A stretch of 64,000 nucleotides of DNA from Eubacteriales bacterium. GTDB lineage: Bacteria > Bacillota > Clostridia > Oscillospirales > CAG-272. Positions 36,206-45,353 of this stretch are shown here, one piece after another. Positions within the stretch are counted from its first letter, which is position 1; each line of letters begins with the position of its first letter. Made by a program: the position numbers and the translations under genes. Below the pieces are notes generated by a model. The model saw nothing but the letters and a program-made list of their open reading frames with translations. It was not told where the DNA came from and made no database searches. The stretch covers positions 734 through 64,733 of the forward strand of contig JAZOVV010000051.1 in the NCBI GenBank assembly GCA_045658925.1, read 5' to 3'.

Positions 36206-36237
36206 GCGCCGAGAAAAAGGAAAAGGAGAAAAGGAAA

Positions 36238-37230
36238 ATGAAAAGAAAGATTTTATGTATTGTTTTGGTCGTTTTGATGCTTGTAAGTGTACTTTCTTCC
36301 TGTAGTGTTTTGGAAAATTTACAATCAGCTATATGGACGAGTGACTTGGTAGGATTGACATTTTCATTAAAGGATGACGGAACTTATTTGGTTGAAATTG
36401 GAGAAGCAAAGTATTTTTCTTCAATCACAATTCCATCTACTTATAACGGTGTACCGGTTACCGAAGTGGGTCAATTTAACAACACCGGTGCTATCAACAA
36501 CACTCTTAAAGAAGTGACTATTTCCGAAGGTATAACAAGCATTGCCGATAGGGCGTTTTATAATTGTGCGAACTTGACAAATGTAACGATTCCAAAATCG
36601 GTGACCACAATTGGCGAGGATGCGTTTTATGGTTGCAATGCTCCTCTTTATACTCAACATGAAGGGGGAACATATGTTGGTGACAGAAAAAATCCATATG
36701 CGGCCCTCATTAAAGTCAGAAATGAAAATTTGGGAGATTATACAATTCCGGAACAAACTACTATTATTGCCAATGGTGCTTTTAAGGGGTGCACAAGCCT
36801 GAATAGTGTCATCATTCCGAATTCTGTTACTGCAATCAGCAAGGATATGTTTTATGGTTGCTTAAATTTGAAAAGCATAACGATTCCTAATTCTGTGACT
36901 ACTATCGGGGAGTCGGCCTTTTCTGGATGTAGTTACTTGATGAGTATTGTAATTCCCGATTCGGTGGTTACAATTGGTGATTTTGCGTTTAGTGACTGCA
37001 GAAAACTGATAAGTGTAACAATCGGTCAGCAGGTTACCGCTATCGGTAAATCCGCATTCAAAGGTTGTTCGAGTCTAACAAGTGCAACATTTGCAAGGAG
37101 CGATAATTGGTGGTATAAGTGGACCACCGGCATAAATGAAACTGCAGTTTCCGCCCTTGAACTTTCCAATCCCACAACAGCTGCACGGTACTTGACATCC
37201 GGGTACTATTGGTATCGCACCGAACAATAA
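36238..37230 (+). CDS. BspA-type leucine-rich-repeat lipoprotein
   Basis: Lipobox VLSSC. Repeated IP.SVT.IG..AF..C..L units. Paralogous to the C-terminal half of 12563-14491. Confidence 0.8.
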   Translation: MKRKILCIVLVVLMLVSVLSSCSVLENLQSAIWTSDLVGLTFSLKDDGTYLVEIGEAKYFSSITIPSTYNGVPVTEVGQFNNTGAINNTLKEVTISEGITSIADRAFYNCANLTNVTIPKSVTTIGEDAFYGCNAPLYTQHEGGTYVGDRKNPYAALIKVRNENLGDYTIPEQTTIIANGAFKGCTSLNSVIIPNSVTAISKDMFYGCLNLKSITIPNSVTTIGESAFSGCSYLMSIVIPDSVVTIGDFAFSDCRKLISVTIGQQVTAIGKSAFKGCSSLTSATFARSDNWWYKWTTGINETAVSALELSNPTTAARYLTSGYYWYRTEQ

Positions 37231-37237
37231 AAAATTT

Positions 37238-37268
37238 AGCGAGCCGCAAAGCGGCTCGCTGTTTTTTT
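37238..37268 (+). terminator. intrinsic terminator
   Basis: AGCGAGCCGC pairs with GCGGCTCGCT, followed by GTTTTTTT. Confidence 0.8.
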
Positions 37269-37275
37269 ATGTTTT

Positions 37276-37350
37276 GTAGGGCGGCGGCTTGCTGCCGCCG
37301 TCAGAAAATACTTACCCAATAAGGCGGCGGGAGACGAGCCCCCGCCCTAC
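37276..37350. other. GC-rich nested-hairpin element
   Basis: GTAGGGCGG (37276-84) pairs with CCGCCCTAC (37342-50), enclosing GCGGCGGC/GCCGCCG and GGCGGCGGG/CCCCGCC. It abuts the ATPase stop codon. Confidence 0.5.
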
Positions 37351-37351
37351 T

Positions 37352-40030
37352 TTAATACCCCCTCTTCTTCTTCCCAAGTCTCAAAATCGCCTTTCTCAAA
37401 ATGTCGGCAGGGAAGACCGAGAACGAGAGTGCCATGGTGACAAGCAATTCCCTTGCCGTCAAGGGGACGGTACGCAAAACACTCCCACCGAGGTAGACAA
37501 ACAGGATTTGAATGGTCAAAATCGCGCCCATAATCAAAAGGAACACGGCATTTTTGCCAAGTCCTGCCGTCAGTTTTAGGCGGTCGGTGCGCGCGTTGAA
37601 GCAGTTGAACACCGACAAGAAGATGAACAATGCAAAAAACGCGGTTAAGAGGTAGATATCATTCGGTGCGGTTCGATAGACCGCGGTGATGTGCGGTGAC
37701 TTGAGAAAGAGGATGCACAATCCCACCGTAAACGCACCGAGAAAGCCGATTTGATTGAGCATATATCCATTCAAAATCGGCTCATCGCGCCTCTTGGGGG
37801 GCTCTTTCATATATTCGGGCAGTGCCGCCTCGCCTGCAAAGGCAAGACCGCCAAGGGTATCCATAATCATATTAATCCACAGCATTTGCACCACCGTTAC
37901 GGGCGATTCGTAACCAAGGAATGGGCATATCATCGTAACTCCTACGGCGCAGAAGTTCATCGTGAGTTGCAAGGTGATGAACTTGCGAATGTTCTTGAAA
38001 ATTCCTCTACCGTAAAGCACCGCGCGTACGATGGTGGCGAGATTGTTATCAAGAATAATGATGTCGCCCGCATCCTTTGCCACCTGCGTGCCGCTACCCA
38101 TTGAAAAGCCCACGTCGGCGCGCCGCAAAGCGGGAGCGTCATTGATGCCGTCACCCGTCATTCCAACCACCAATCCGCGCTCCTGCGCGATGCGAACAAG
38201 GCGGCTCTTATCGGTGGGGAGCGCACGCGCCACAACGGCAAGACGGGGAAGAATGTCCCCAACGCGCGCATCCGAAAGCTTGGCGAGCTCCTCGCCCGAA
38301 AGAATGATGTCGCACTCTCGGTTGACGATTCCGCACGCGCGCCCGATGCTCGCGGCAGTTTCGGGAGCGTCTCCCGTAATCATCACCACGTGCACGCCTG
38401 CATCCTGCAAGCCCGCAACGGCTTCCACAGCCTCTTGCCGCAGAGCATCTTGTAGACAGAAAGCGCCGATATAACAAAGAGAACCGCGTATTCCGCCCGC
38501 GTGGAGTGGAGCAGAAATATTCTCGCGTGAGATAGCCATTGCAAGCACGCGATGACCGTTTCGCGTTTGTTTTTTCACACCTTCCTCGGCACGAGACCGC
38601 GAAAAGGGAACAAGACTGCCATTCTCGTGCATCTGTTCCGAAATAAAGGGGAAGAGCTTTTCGGGTGCCCCGAGCATCAGCGTGATGTTCTCGCGCCCAC
38701 CAAACGAAACGGCGGCATATTTGCGCGTACTGTCAAAAGACAGACGCGAAAGAACACTTACTCCTTGCGGCTTTGGGAGTTCGATGACACTTTCCAGCAG
38801 AGCGCGTGCCGTTGCATTTCCGCCAAGGGCGACTGTTTTGCCGTCGTTATCTACCCCAAGTGTGGCATCGGTGCCGAGGTGGAGCATCAGTGAGGTCAGC
38901 TCCCACGCTTTTGAATATGTATGCGAAAGCTTGGCAAGCGTGGTTTCGTTCCCGTCGGGCAAAAGAATGTTCGAAAGCCGCATTTTCCCCTCGGTAAGCG
39001 TTCCCGTTTTGTCGGTAAAAAGGATGTTCATACTGCCTGCCGCTTCAATGCCAACGGGCTTTCGCACGAGCACGCGGTCGCGCGCCATCCGCTTGATGTT
39101 TGCCGCAAGAACCACCGCAACCATCATCGGTAGCCCCTCGGGAACGCAGGTCACAAGCACGCTTACCGCCAAGGTGAATGCGTGCAAGAGGTTTGAGAGC
39201 AGATAGGGCAGGTCGGTGAGTTTGATGTAAATGAGCTCGCGTTGCCAACCGCTGCTGATAACAAAGGTGTTAAAAAGATACGCCGCCGCCACGAGAGCCG
39301 CCGCGATGTAACCAAAAATGCTGATTTGCTTGGCGAGCTTGGTAAGTCTGCGTTTGAGCGGGCTCTCTCTCGTTTCTGTTTGAATCTCTCGCGAGATTTC
39401 TCCTAAGAATGTTGCATCTCCAACGGCGGTGACAAGCATTTCGCCGCTCCCCTCGGTCACCGTGCATCCGCGAAAGAGCGCAGAGGGAGACTCGGGTGTC
39501 ATCGAAGAGGATTCCAAAGGATATTTGCGCACCTCGCGGCTCTCACCCGTCATAGCGGATTGGTCGGCAGAGAGTGTACCTGAAAGAATCCGCCCGTCGG
39601 CGGGAATGGCATCTCCTGCACTCAAAAGAACGACATCGCCAACTACCACCTCACGAATAGGAATCTCTTTCACACTCCCATCTCTGCGAACGCGGCAAAG
39701 AATTTTTCCGGCGTCTTGCTCAAGCCGCTCAAAGGCACGCGCCGAGCCGTATTCCGAAAGGGTGGAGATGAAGGTGGCAAGAAAGACCGCGATGCCAATG
39801 CCAATGGTTTCGGCAAGGTCACCGTTGCCAAACAATAAGAGCAGATGCACCCCGAGAGCCGCGAGCAGAATGCGAATGACGGGGTCATTCAAATTGCTAA
39901 AGAACTGCCGCAAAAAGCTTTTGCGCTTTTGCCGTGATAAGATATTTTCTCCGTGTTCGCGCCGCGATTGCAGTACCTCTGCACTATTCAGCCCCACATA
40001 CAAAGACGTCTCTTTTTTCGTTCCTCTCAT
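37352..40030 (-). CDS. cation-transporting P-type ATPase (Ca2+/P2-type-like), 892 aa
   Basis: Phosphorylation site DKTGTLT and hinge motif TGDGINDAPAL, with 8-10 TM helices. GGGAGG RBS before the ATG at 40030. Confidence 0.9.
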   Translation of the reverse strand: MRGTKKETSLYVGLNSAEVLQSRREHGENILSRQKRKSFLRQFFSNLNDPVIRILLAALGVHLLLLFGNGDLAETIGIGIAVFLATFISTLSEYGSARAFERLEQDAGKILCRVRRDGSVKEIPIREVVVGDVVLLSAGDAIPADGRILSGTLSADQSAMTGESREVRKYPLESSSMTPESPSALFRGCTVTEGSGEMLVTAVGDATFLGEISREIQTETRESPLKRRLTKLAKQISIFGYIAAALVAAAYLFNTFVISSGWQRELIYIKLTDLPYLLSNLLHAFTLAVSVLVTCVPEGLPMMVAVVLAANIKRMARDRVLVRKPVGIEAAGSMNILFTDKTGTLTEGKMRLSNILLPDGNETTLAKLSHTYSKAWELTSLMLHLGTDATLGVDNDGKTVALGGNATARALLESVIELPKPQGVSVLSRLSFDSTRKYAAVSFGGRENITLMLGAPEKLFPFISEQMHENGSLVPFSRSRAEEGVKKQTRNGHRVLAMAISRENISAPLHAGGIRGSLCYIGAFCLQDALRQEAVEAVAGLQDAGVHVVMITGDAPETAASIGRACGIVNRECDIILSGEELAKLSDARVGDILPRLAVVARALPTDKSRLVRIAQERGLVVGMTGDGINDAPALRRADVGFSMGSGTQVAKDAGDIIILDNNLATIVRAVLYGRGIFKNIRKFITLQLTMNFCAVGVTMICPFLGYESPVTVVQMLWINMIMDTLGGLAFAGEAALPEYMKEPPKRRDEPILNGYMLNQIGFLGAFTVGLCILFLKSPHITAVYRTAPNDIYLLTAFFALFIFLSVFNCFNARTDRLKLTAGLGKNAVFLLIMGAILTIQILFVYLGGSVLRTVPLTARELLVTMALSFSVFPADILRKAILRLGKKKRGY

Positions 40031-40236
40031 TTTTGCCTCCCAAATCTTTTTGTTCAATATATGAAAGAATTGGGGGAGTTATACCGAAAGAATTGCTTGT
40101 CCTTGGCATCTATCTGTATTGGAGTCAATTTTAATGAATAGGCGATTACCTCAAGCCTCCCTTTACACAAGGGAGCCTTTGGTTTATGTACCAAAAGGTA
40201 GGCTCTTTTTAATAGATTTTGAACTATATTTTCAAT

Positions 40237-40262
40237 AGAAAAGCCCCGCACGAGGCGGGGCG
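40237..40262 (-). terminator. intrinsic terminator after the XRE regulator
   Basis: Minus strand: CCCCGC CTCGT GCGGGG followed by CTTTTCT. Confidence 0.6.
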
Positions 40263-40267
40263 GGGGA

Positions 40268-41434
40268 TTATTCAAAGCATTCGGCGTATTTTGGATTTTT
40301 GCGAATTTCTTCAACGATATTTTTTAGGTAATTTCTGAGTTCTTTTTTCCAAAAATCATCACCTATAGGTTTAAGATCACCTTTGGCTATATGTGGCAAA
40401 TTCGAGATCAATGGTGCAGTGTATTGATATTCGTTCTCATTGTATATACGGTTATACTCCCTGCAATGTTCAAATCCTTTATCGAAGTAGTAAAGGATCT
40501 TCTCAGTACTACCGCTGTTATCCATTTCATAAGCTGCCAAGGTTAGATACAGTTTCCCGATTTCCCAATGCCATCTTCCACATTTACCGTCAATAAAAAT
40601 CGTTTCGTACACATTTATTATCGCCAATATGATTTGCCTTCCGTATTCCGAAGTACGAACGGAAGGGCGCAAAGCAACAGATTCGGAGATAGAAAAATGA
40701 AGATTTGAAAGAAGAGCCATAATTCTTTCGCTTTGATATTTTGCTTTTTCTTTACCGACAGTTGCTAAAGGCAGCAGTAATTCTTTTGAAATAACAATAG
40801 AGTTTTGTTCGTTAGCAAGAGTTTTTGCTTTTTCGTATTCACCCATTCTACAATAAAGCGGTGTTATTTGACGAATTGCAATTTCGCGATCCTCTGCCGA
40901 TGGATTGGATTTCAATGTTTTTTCATAGGCGCGAATAGCTTCTTGCCAATAAATATTTTGGGAGTTGTATTCAATATCATCTTCTATAATGCCGGATGAA
41001 TCGGAAGGATGCCCTTTGGCTCCGTATTTATTCCAGCCCCACATATGAAGCGCCTGGGCGAGTTTCAAAAGAATCTTGGGTTCATTCGGAAATTCCTCTG
41101 AGGCAGCACGAAGCATATTGACACATTCTCCAACATCTTCTGATAAACTTCCTTGATACATTGTAAATCCCTGCTTTGTAAGTATCTTGGTAGCATTTTC
41201 AAGAATATTTTTAATCTTTTCCTCTCTATCATCGTGATATCCAAACAGCTCGTCAATCGAAATGTGAAAATAATTTGCAATAGTAGGGATCATCTCCATA
41301 TCGGGATAAGTGGTGCCAGACTCCCAGCGAGACACAGCTTGTGCGGTTACACCGAGGGCTTCGGCAAGATTTTCTTGTGTGCGTCCGTCGCGGCGGCGCA
41401 GTTCTTTTATTTTGATACCTAAATTCAGTTGCAT
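40268..41434 (-). CDS. XRE-family helix-turn-helix regulator with a large helical-repeat (TPR-like) C-terminal domain
   Basis: N-terminus IKELRRRDGRTQENLAEALGVTAQAVSRWESG is a canonical Cro/C1 HTH. About 320 further residues are helical. AGGAGG RBS. Confidence 0.8.
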   Translation of the reverse strand: MQLNLGIKIKELRRRDGRTQENLAEALGVTAQAVSRWESGTTYPDMEMIPTIANYFHISIDELFGYHDDREEKIKNILENATKILTKQGFTMYQGSLSEDVGECVNMLRAASEEFPNEPKILLKLAQALHMWGWNKYGAKGHPSDSSGIIEDDIEYNSQNIYWQEAIRAYEKTLKSNPSAEDREIAIRQITPLYCRMGEYEKAKTLANEQNSIVISKELLLPLATVGKEKAKYQSERIMALLSNLHFSISESVALRPSVRTSEYGRQIILAIINVYETIFIDGKCGRWHWEIGKLYLTLAAYEMDNSGSTEKILYYFDKGFEHCREYNRIYNENEYQYTAPLISNLPHIAKGDLKPIGDDFWKKELRNYLKNIVEEIRKNPKYAECFE

Positions 41435-41474
41435 AAAAGTACCTCCTTAAAATCGTTATCACCGGTGTAATACC

Positions 41475-41503
41475 ATTATAGCACGCACTTTATCTAAAAG
41501 CAA
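41475..41503 (-). promoter_or_regulatory. sigma-A type promoter of the regulator
   Basis: Minus strand: TTGCTT (41498-41503), 17-nt spacer, TATAAT (41475-41480) with an upstream TG. Confidence 0.45.
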
Positions 41504-41552
41504 TTATCAATTAGTTGTTTATAACTTAATCAATGGTTAAGTTGCGTGGTAT

Positions 41553-41589
41553 AAAAAAGGCATAGCCCAAAACCGGCTATGCCTTTTTT
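41553..41589. terminator. bidirectional terminator
   Basis: AAAAAA, then GGCATAGCC (41559-67) pairing with GGCTATGCC (41575-83), then TTTTTT. Confidence 0.75.
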
Positions 41590-41600
41590 GATGAAAATAA

Positions 41601-42425
41601 TTAAATATACTGTTCGAGGAACGCCTTACCTGCGCGAATATCCTTGATTTGTTGTTCACCGTGGATTTCGCGCTCGATGGTGATGGGGCCGTCATAGCCA
41701 CATTCCTTGAGACGTGCGATCAGCTTGGGGAAGTTGACATGTCCTTGACCGAGAGGTGTTTCCTTACCAAAGGAGTGACCGCTATCGGGATAAACGCCAT
41801 CTTTGGCGTGTACATCGCGAATGTACTTGCCCAAGAGATAAAGTGAATCAATGGGATTTGCCTTGCCGTAAAGAATGAGGTTTGCAGGGTCGAGATTTAC
41901 ACCAAGGTTATCAAGACCGATGTCCTCAATGGCACGCGCAAGGGTAAAGGGCGTTTCTTGTCCTGTTTCAAACAGGAAATACTGACCGTTCTTTTTGCAG
42001 TATGCCGCAACCTCGCGCAGAGCCACGATGGTCTCGCGGTAGAGCTCGGTGTTGGGGTCCTCGGGAATAAAACCCGCGTGTGTTGCAATTTGATCTACGC
42101 CAAGCTTCTTTGCAAAATCCGATCCCTTTTTCAGGTCAATGATGCGCTCAAAGCGCGCGTGGGGCGGAACAATACCGAGTGTCAGAGGACCCTCGTAGGA
42201 GTTCCACATCCAAGACTCTTTGCCACGCCATCCGCACCAAAAGGTGGAAATACGAACACCGTATTTGTTCAGGGCATCAAGAATGGTCTGTGCCGTCTCG
42301 TCGGTGTAGCGTTCCATCTGCCAGCAGGTGAACTGAACCGAGTCAAAGCCCATTTCTTTGGCTTCCTTAATTTTTGCGTCAAGATCGGTTTCCTCACGCA
42401 AACGAATGATAACACCAAGTTTCAT
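41601..42425 (-). CDS. sugar phosphate isomerase/epimerase (xylose-isomerase-like TIM barrel), paralogue 2
   Basis: 274 aa. ..FLFETGQE..NLGVNLDPANL..HAKD.. is the AP-endonuclease-2/IolE-like TIM-barrel pattern. By eye, about 75% identical to the neighbouring gene. Confidence 0.85.
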   Translation of the reverse strand: MKLGVIIRLREETDLDAKIKEAKEMGFDSVQFTCWQMERYTDETAQTILDALNKYGVRISTFWCGWRGKESWMWNSYEGPLTLGIVPPHARFERIIDLKKGSDFAKKLGVDQIATHAGFIPEDPNTELYRETIVALREVAAYCKKNGQYFLFETGQETPFTLARAIEDIGLDNLGVNLDPANLILYGKANPIDSLYLLGKYIRDVHAKDGVYPDSGHSFGKETPLGQGHVNFPKLIARLKECGYDGPITIEREIHGEQQIKDIRAGKAFLEQYI

Positions 42426-42446
42426 TGTTTGGTCTCCTTTGGGCTA

Positions 42447-43265
42447 TCAGATGTACTTTTCAAGCAATTCCTTAGCGGTTTGAATGTCCTTGATTTGTTG
42501 CTCGCCGCTAATCTCGCGTTCAATGGTGACTACGCCATCATAGCCGCATTTCTTGAGTCCTGCAATGAAAGCAGGGAAGTCAACGTGACCTTCGCCAAGG
42601 GGAGTTTCCTTACCAAAGGAGTGACCTGCATCGGGATATACGCCGTCTTTTGCGTGAACGTCGCGAACGTACTTACCAATGAGGAGCAGAGCGTCAACGG
42701 GGTTTGCCTTGCCGTAGAGGATGAGGTTTGCGGGGTCAAGGTTTACACCAAGGTTATCGAGGTTGATATCCTCGATTGCGCGAGCAAGAGTGAAGGGAGT
42801 CTCTTGACCTGTCTCAAACAGGAAGTATTGACCGTTCTTTTTGCAGTAAGCGGCGATTTCGCGAAGAGCGACAACAGTCTCACGGTAGAGTTGGGTGTTG
42901 GGATCTTCGGGGATGAAGCCTGCGTGGGTTGCGATTTGGTTAACGCCGAGCTTCTTTGCAAAGTCGGAGCCTGCCTTCAGGTCGAGAATTCTTTGGAAAC
43001 GAGCGAAGGGAGGAACGATACCAAGGGTGAGAGGACCTTCAAAAGCGTTCCAAACAGCCTTGCCGCTCCAACCGCACCAAACGGTGGAGATGCTTACGCC
43101 GTGTTTTTCAAGGGCTGCAAGAACCTTTTGTGCCCACTCGTCGGTGTAGCAAGCCATATCCCAGCAGGTGAGCTGAATGGAGTCAAAGCCCATATCCTTG
43201 ACTTCTTTGATTTTTTGATCGATATCGGTATCTTGATGAAGATTAATCAGCAATCCAAGTCTCAT
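42447..43265 (-). CDS. sugar phosphate isomerase/epimerase (xylose-isomerase-like TIM barrel), paralogue 1
   Basis: 272 aa. Same motifs as 41601-42425 (tandem duplicate). Confidence 0.85.
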   Translation of the reverse strand: MRLGLLINLHQDTDIDQKIKEVKDMGFDSIQLTCWDMACYTDEWAQKVLAALEKHGVSISTVWCGWSGKAVWNAFEGPLTLGIVPPFARFQRILDLKAGSDFAKKLGVNQIATHAGFIPEDPNTQLYRETVVALREIAAYCKKNGQYFLFETGQETPFTLARAIEDINLDNLGVNLDPANLILYGKANPVDALLLIGKYVRDVHAKDGVYPDAGHSFGKETPLGEGHVDFPAFIAGLKKCGYDGVVTIEREISGEQQIKDIQTAKELLEKYI

Positions 43266-43283
43266 AGTAGTATCTCCTTTTTA

Positions 43284-44303
43284 TCAATAGTTAATGGGGA
43301 GAGTAGCGGCACCGTTGTCGGCACTCTCGCGGAGCAGTTCAACAAGCTTTACGGTCTTATATGCGCTCTCGGGGGGATTTTCGAGGTTTTCTTTGTCGTT
43401 CAAAAGCAGGTCAATGAAGAAATCGAATTCCTCGGTAAAGGGACGGCAAACGGGAATGTCGGGAACAAAGGGCTCGCCCTCGTTGGGATAAACCTTAACG
43501 GCATAGCCTTGCATAACGACCTGTGCCTTCTCAAATCTTGCACGCAGACCTGCGGAGAAGGGACTCTTGCGGCCTTCGTTCCAAGAACCGTCCGCAACAA
43601 CGGTTACGTTCGGGTAGAAGAGACGGGTGTTTTCCATTTGCCAACGAGTTTGACCGTTGAAAGCGGTAACGCTTACAGCCTCGGGCTCGCCAAGAAGGTA
43701 ACGCGCCATATCAATGTCGTGAATGTGCATATCGAGGATGCAACCGCCACTGCGGGTATCATCCTGGAACCAGTTTTCAAAGCCCCATTCGGGATGAGCG
43801 CTCAAACGGTACATATTCAGGTGCTCAAGCTCGCCAAAGGTCTTTTCGTCAATGCACTTCTTTACGTAGCGGTAAGCATCGCTAAAGCGCAGGCACTGAC
43901 CGATCATCAACTTTTTGCCGGTTTCTTCTGCAACTGCGAGCATCTCTTCGCATTGTGCCGAGTTGAGAGCCATAGGCTTTTCGCAAAGCACGTGCTTGCC
44001 TGCGCGAAGCATCTTTTTGGTGTATTCGCAGTGCAGGTAAGTGGGCAGACAAATGTCAGCCATATCGAACTCTTCGTTGGCGATCATTTCGTCAAGATCG
44101 GTGTATGTATGAATGCTGTCGGCAATCTTTACGGGTTCGGCACTTGTATTGATGGTGATCTGCTTTTCAAACTGTGCCTTGTCAATATCGCAGATAGCAA
44201 CGAGCTCAAAGGGAACGTTGCGGGTTGCAAGGTCGGTATATCCTGCATAGTGAGTGCGTGCAATGCCGCCAAAGCCAATCATCGCAATTCTAACTTTTTT
44301 CAT
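43284..44303 (-). CDS. Gfo/Idh/MocA family NAD(P)-dependent oxidoreductase
   Basis: 339 aa. Rossmann N-terminus MKKVRIAMIGFGGIART and an EKP motif (VLCEKPMA). GAAAGGA RBS before the ATG at 44303. Confidence 0.85.
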   Translation of the reverse strand: MKKVRIAMIGFGGIARTHYAGYTDLATRNVPFELVAICDIDKAQFEKQITINTSAEPVKIADSIHTYTDLDEMIANEEFDMADICLPTYLHCEYTKKMLRAGKHVLCEKPMALNSAQCEEMLAVAEETGKKLMIGQCLRFSDAYRYVKKCIDEKTFGELEHLNMYRLSAHPEWGFENWFQDDTRSGGCILDMHIHDIDMARYLLGEPEAVSVTAFNGQTRWQMENTRLFYPNVTVVADGSWNEGRKSPFSAGLRARFEKAQVVMQGYAVKVYPNEGEPFVPDIPVCRPFTEEFDFFIDLLLNDKENLENPPESAYKTVKLVELLRESADNGAATLPINY

Positions 44304-44343
44304 TTTTGTATGTCCTTTCGGGAAAGAATGATGTAGGGGGCGA

Positions 44344-45303
44344 TTACATTCCGAGAACAGCCGCGCCGATGATGCCGGCGTCGTTGCGCAGGGTAGCAAT
44401 GCGAATGTCGGGAGCCTTAACAACACCGCGACCGTAGATTTGAGGCAGAACCTTGGGAACTACCAAGTCAAGCAGATACTGACCTTCGTTAGAAACACCG
44501 CCGCCAATGGAGAGAACCTCGGGTTGTGCGATGTTGATCATGCTGGCAAGTCCGCTTGCAAGATATTCAACGTACTCGTTTACAACCTCGGTAGCTGCCG
44601 CGTCACCAAGACGCATACCGTCAAATGCGGTGCGACCGCTTACCTTGCCGGTTTCGGCTACGAGCTTGGTCATTACAGTCTCACGACCGGTTTTTGCGCA
44701 CTCGTCGAGCTTTTCCTTGGTGGTCTTGATAAGACCGGTAGCCGAGGAGTAAGCTTCCCAACAGCCGCATCTGCCGCAAGAGCATTGACGGCCGCCAACT
44801 TGAATAACGATGTGGCCGAGCTCGCCTGCTGCGGAGTTAAAGCCCTTGAGCACCTTGCCGTCGGTGATAACGCCACCGCCAACACCTGTGCCGAGGGTGA
44901 TCATAATAGAGGATTTTGCGCCCTTTGCTGCGCCTGCAATGGCTTCGCCCCAAGCGGCAGCATTGGCGTCGTTTTCAATATGGAACTCCTTGATGGGGAG
45001 CATTTCGCGAAGCATAGGAAGAATGGGGAAGTGATCAAAGGGCAGGTTGTTGGCATAAATTGCCTCACCGCTTTCATCGCTAACAATACCGGGGGATGCA
45101 ATACCAACCGATGCGATTTCGCACAAGTCGATGTTTGCTTTTGCGCAAACGTCTCGGCACAGCCCTGCAATAGCAACAACGATTTCCTTGGCAGATCTTT
45201 CTGCGTGGGTGGGAACGCTTGCTTTTGCAACAATCTTGAATTCTTCATTTACAATACCTGCGGCAATATTTGTGCCACCAAGGTCGATACCAATACGATA
45301 CAT
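44344..45303 (-). CDS. ROK family glucokinase
   Basis: DLGGTNI ATP-binding N-terminus and the ROK zinc motif CSCGRCGCWEAY. Confidence 0.85.
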   Translation of the reverse strand: MYRIGIDLGGTNIAAGIVNEEFKIVAKASVPTHAERSAKEIVVAIAGLCRDVCAKANIDLCEIASVGIASPGIVSDESGEAIYANNLPFDHFPILPMLREMLPIKEFHIENDANAAAWGEAIAGAAKGAKSSIMITLGTGVGGGVITDGKVLKGFNSAAGELGHIVIQVGGRQCSCGRCGCWEAYSSATGLIKTTKEKLDECAKTGRETVMTKLVAETGKVSGRTAFDGMRLGDAAATEVVNEYVEYLASGLASMINIAQPEVLSIGGGVSNEGQYLLDLVVPKVLPQIYGRGVVKAPDIRIATLRNDAGIIGAAVLGM

Positions 45304-45353
45304 AATCGGTCTCCTTTGTAATTTGTGATTTATGTTATATTTTTGTTTTCAAT

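Noticed and set aside
40031-40236. Possible metal riboswitch (Mn2+ yybP-ykoY or Mg2+ M-box) upstream of the P-type ATPase
   Set aside because: Hairpins are present (for example CTCCCTT-GTGT-AAGGGAG on the minus strand). There is no terminator or RBS-sequestering stem, and none of the conserved cores I remember (such as GGGGAGTAG) is present.
41533-41565. 10-codon ORF (MVKLRGIKKA) near the XRE/helical-repeat regulator, considered as a possible RNPP signalling pro-peptide
   Set aside because: It has no RBS and is too short, with no hydrophobic export segment. It also overlaps the bidirectional terminator stem.
41958-44336. 792-aa stop-free ORF on the plus strand spanning three genes
   Set aside because: It is exactly antisense to the two isomerase genes and the Gfo/Idh/MocA gene, all of which have clear motifs and RBSs. 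Its translation is Val/Cys/Gly/Asn-rich with no RBS. This is a mirror-frame artefact of codon bias.
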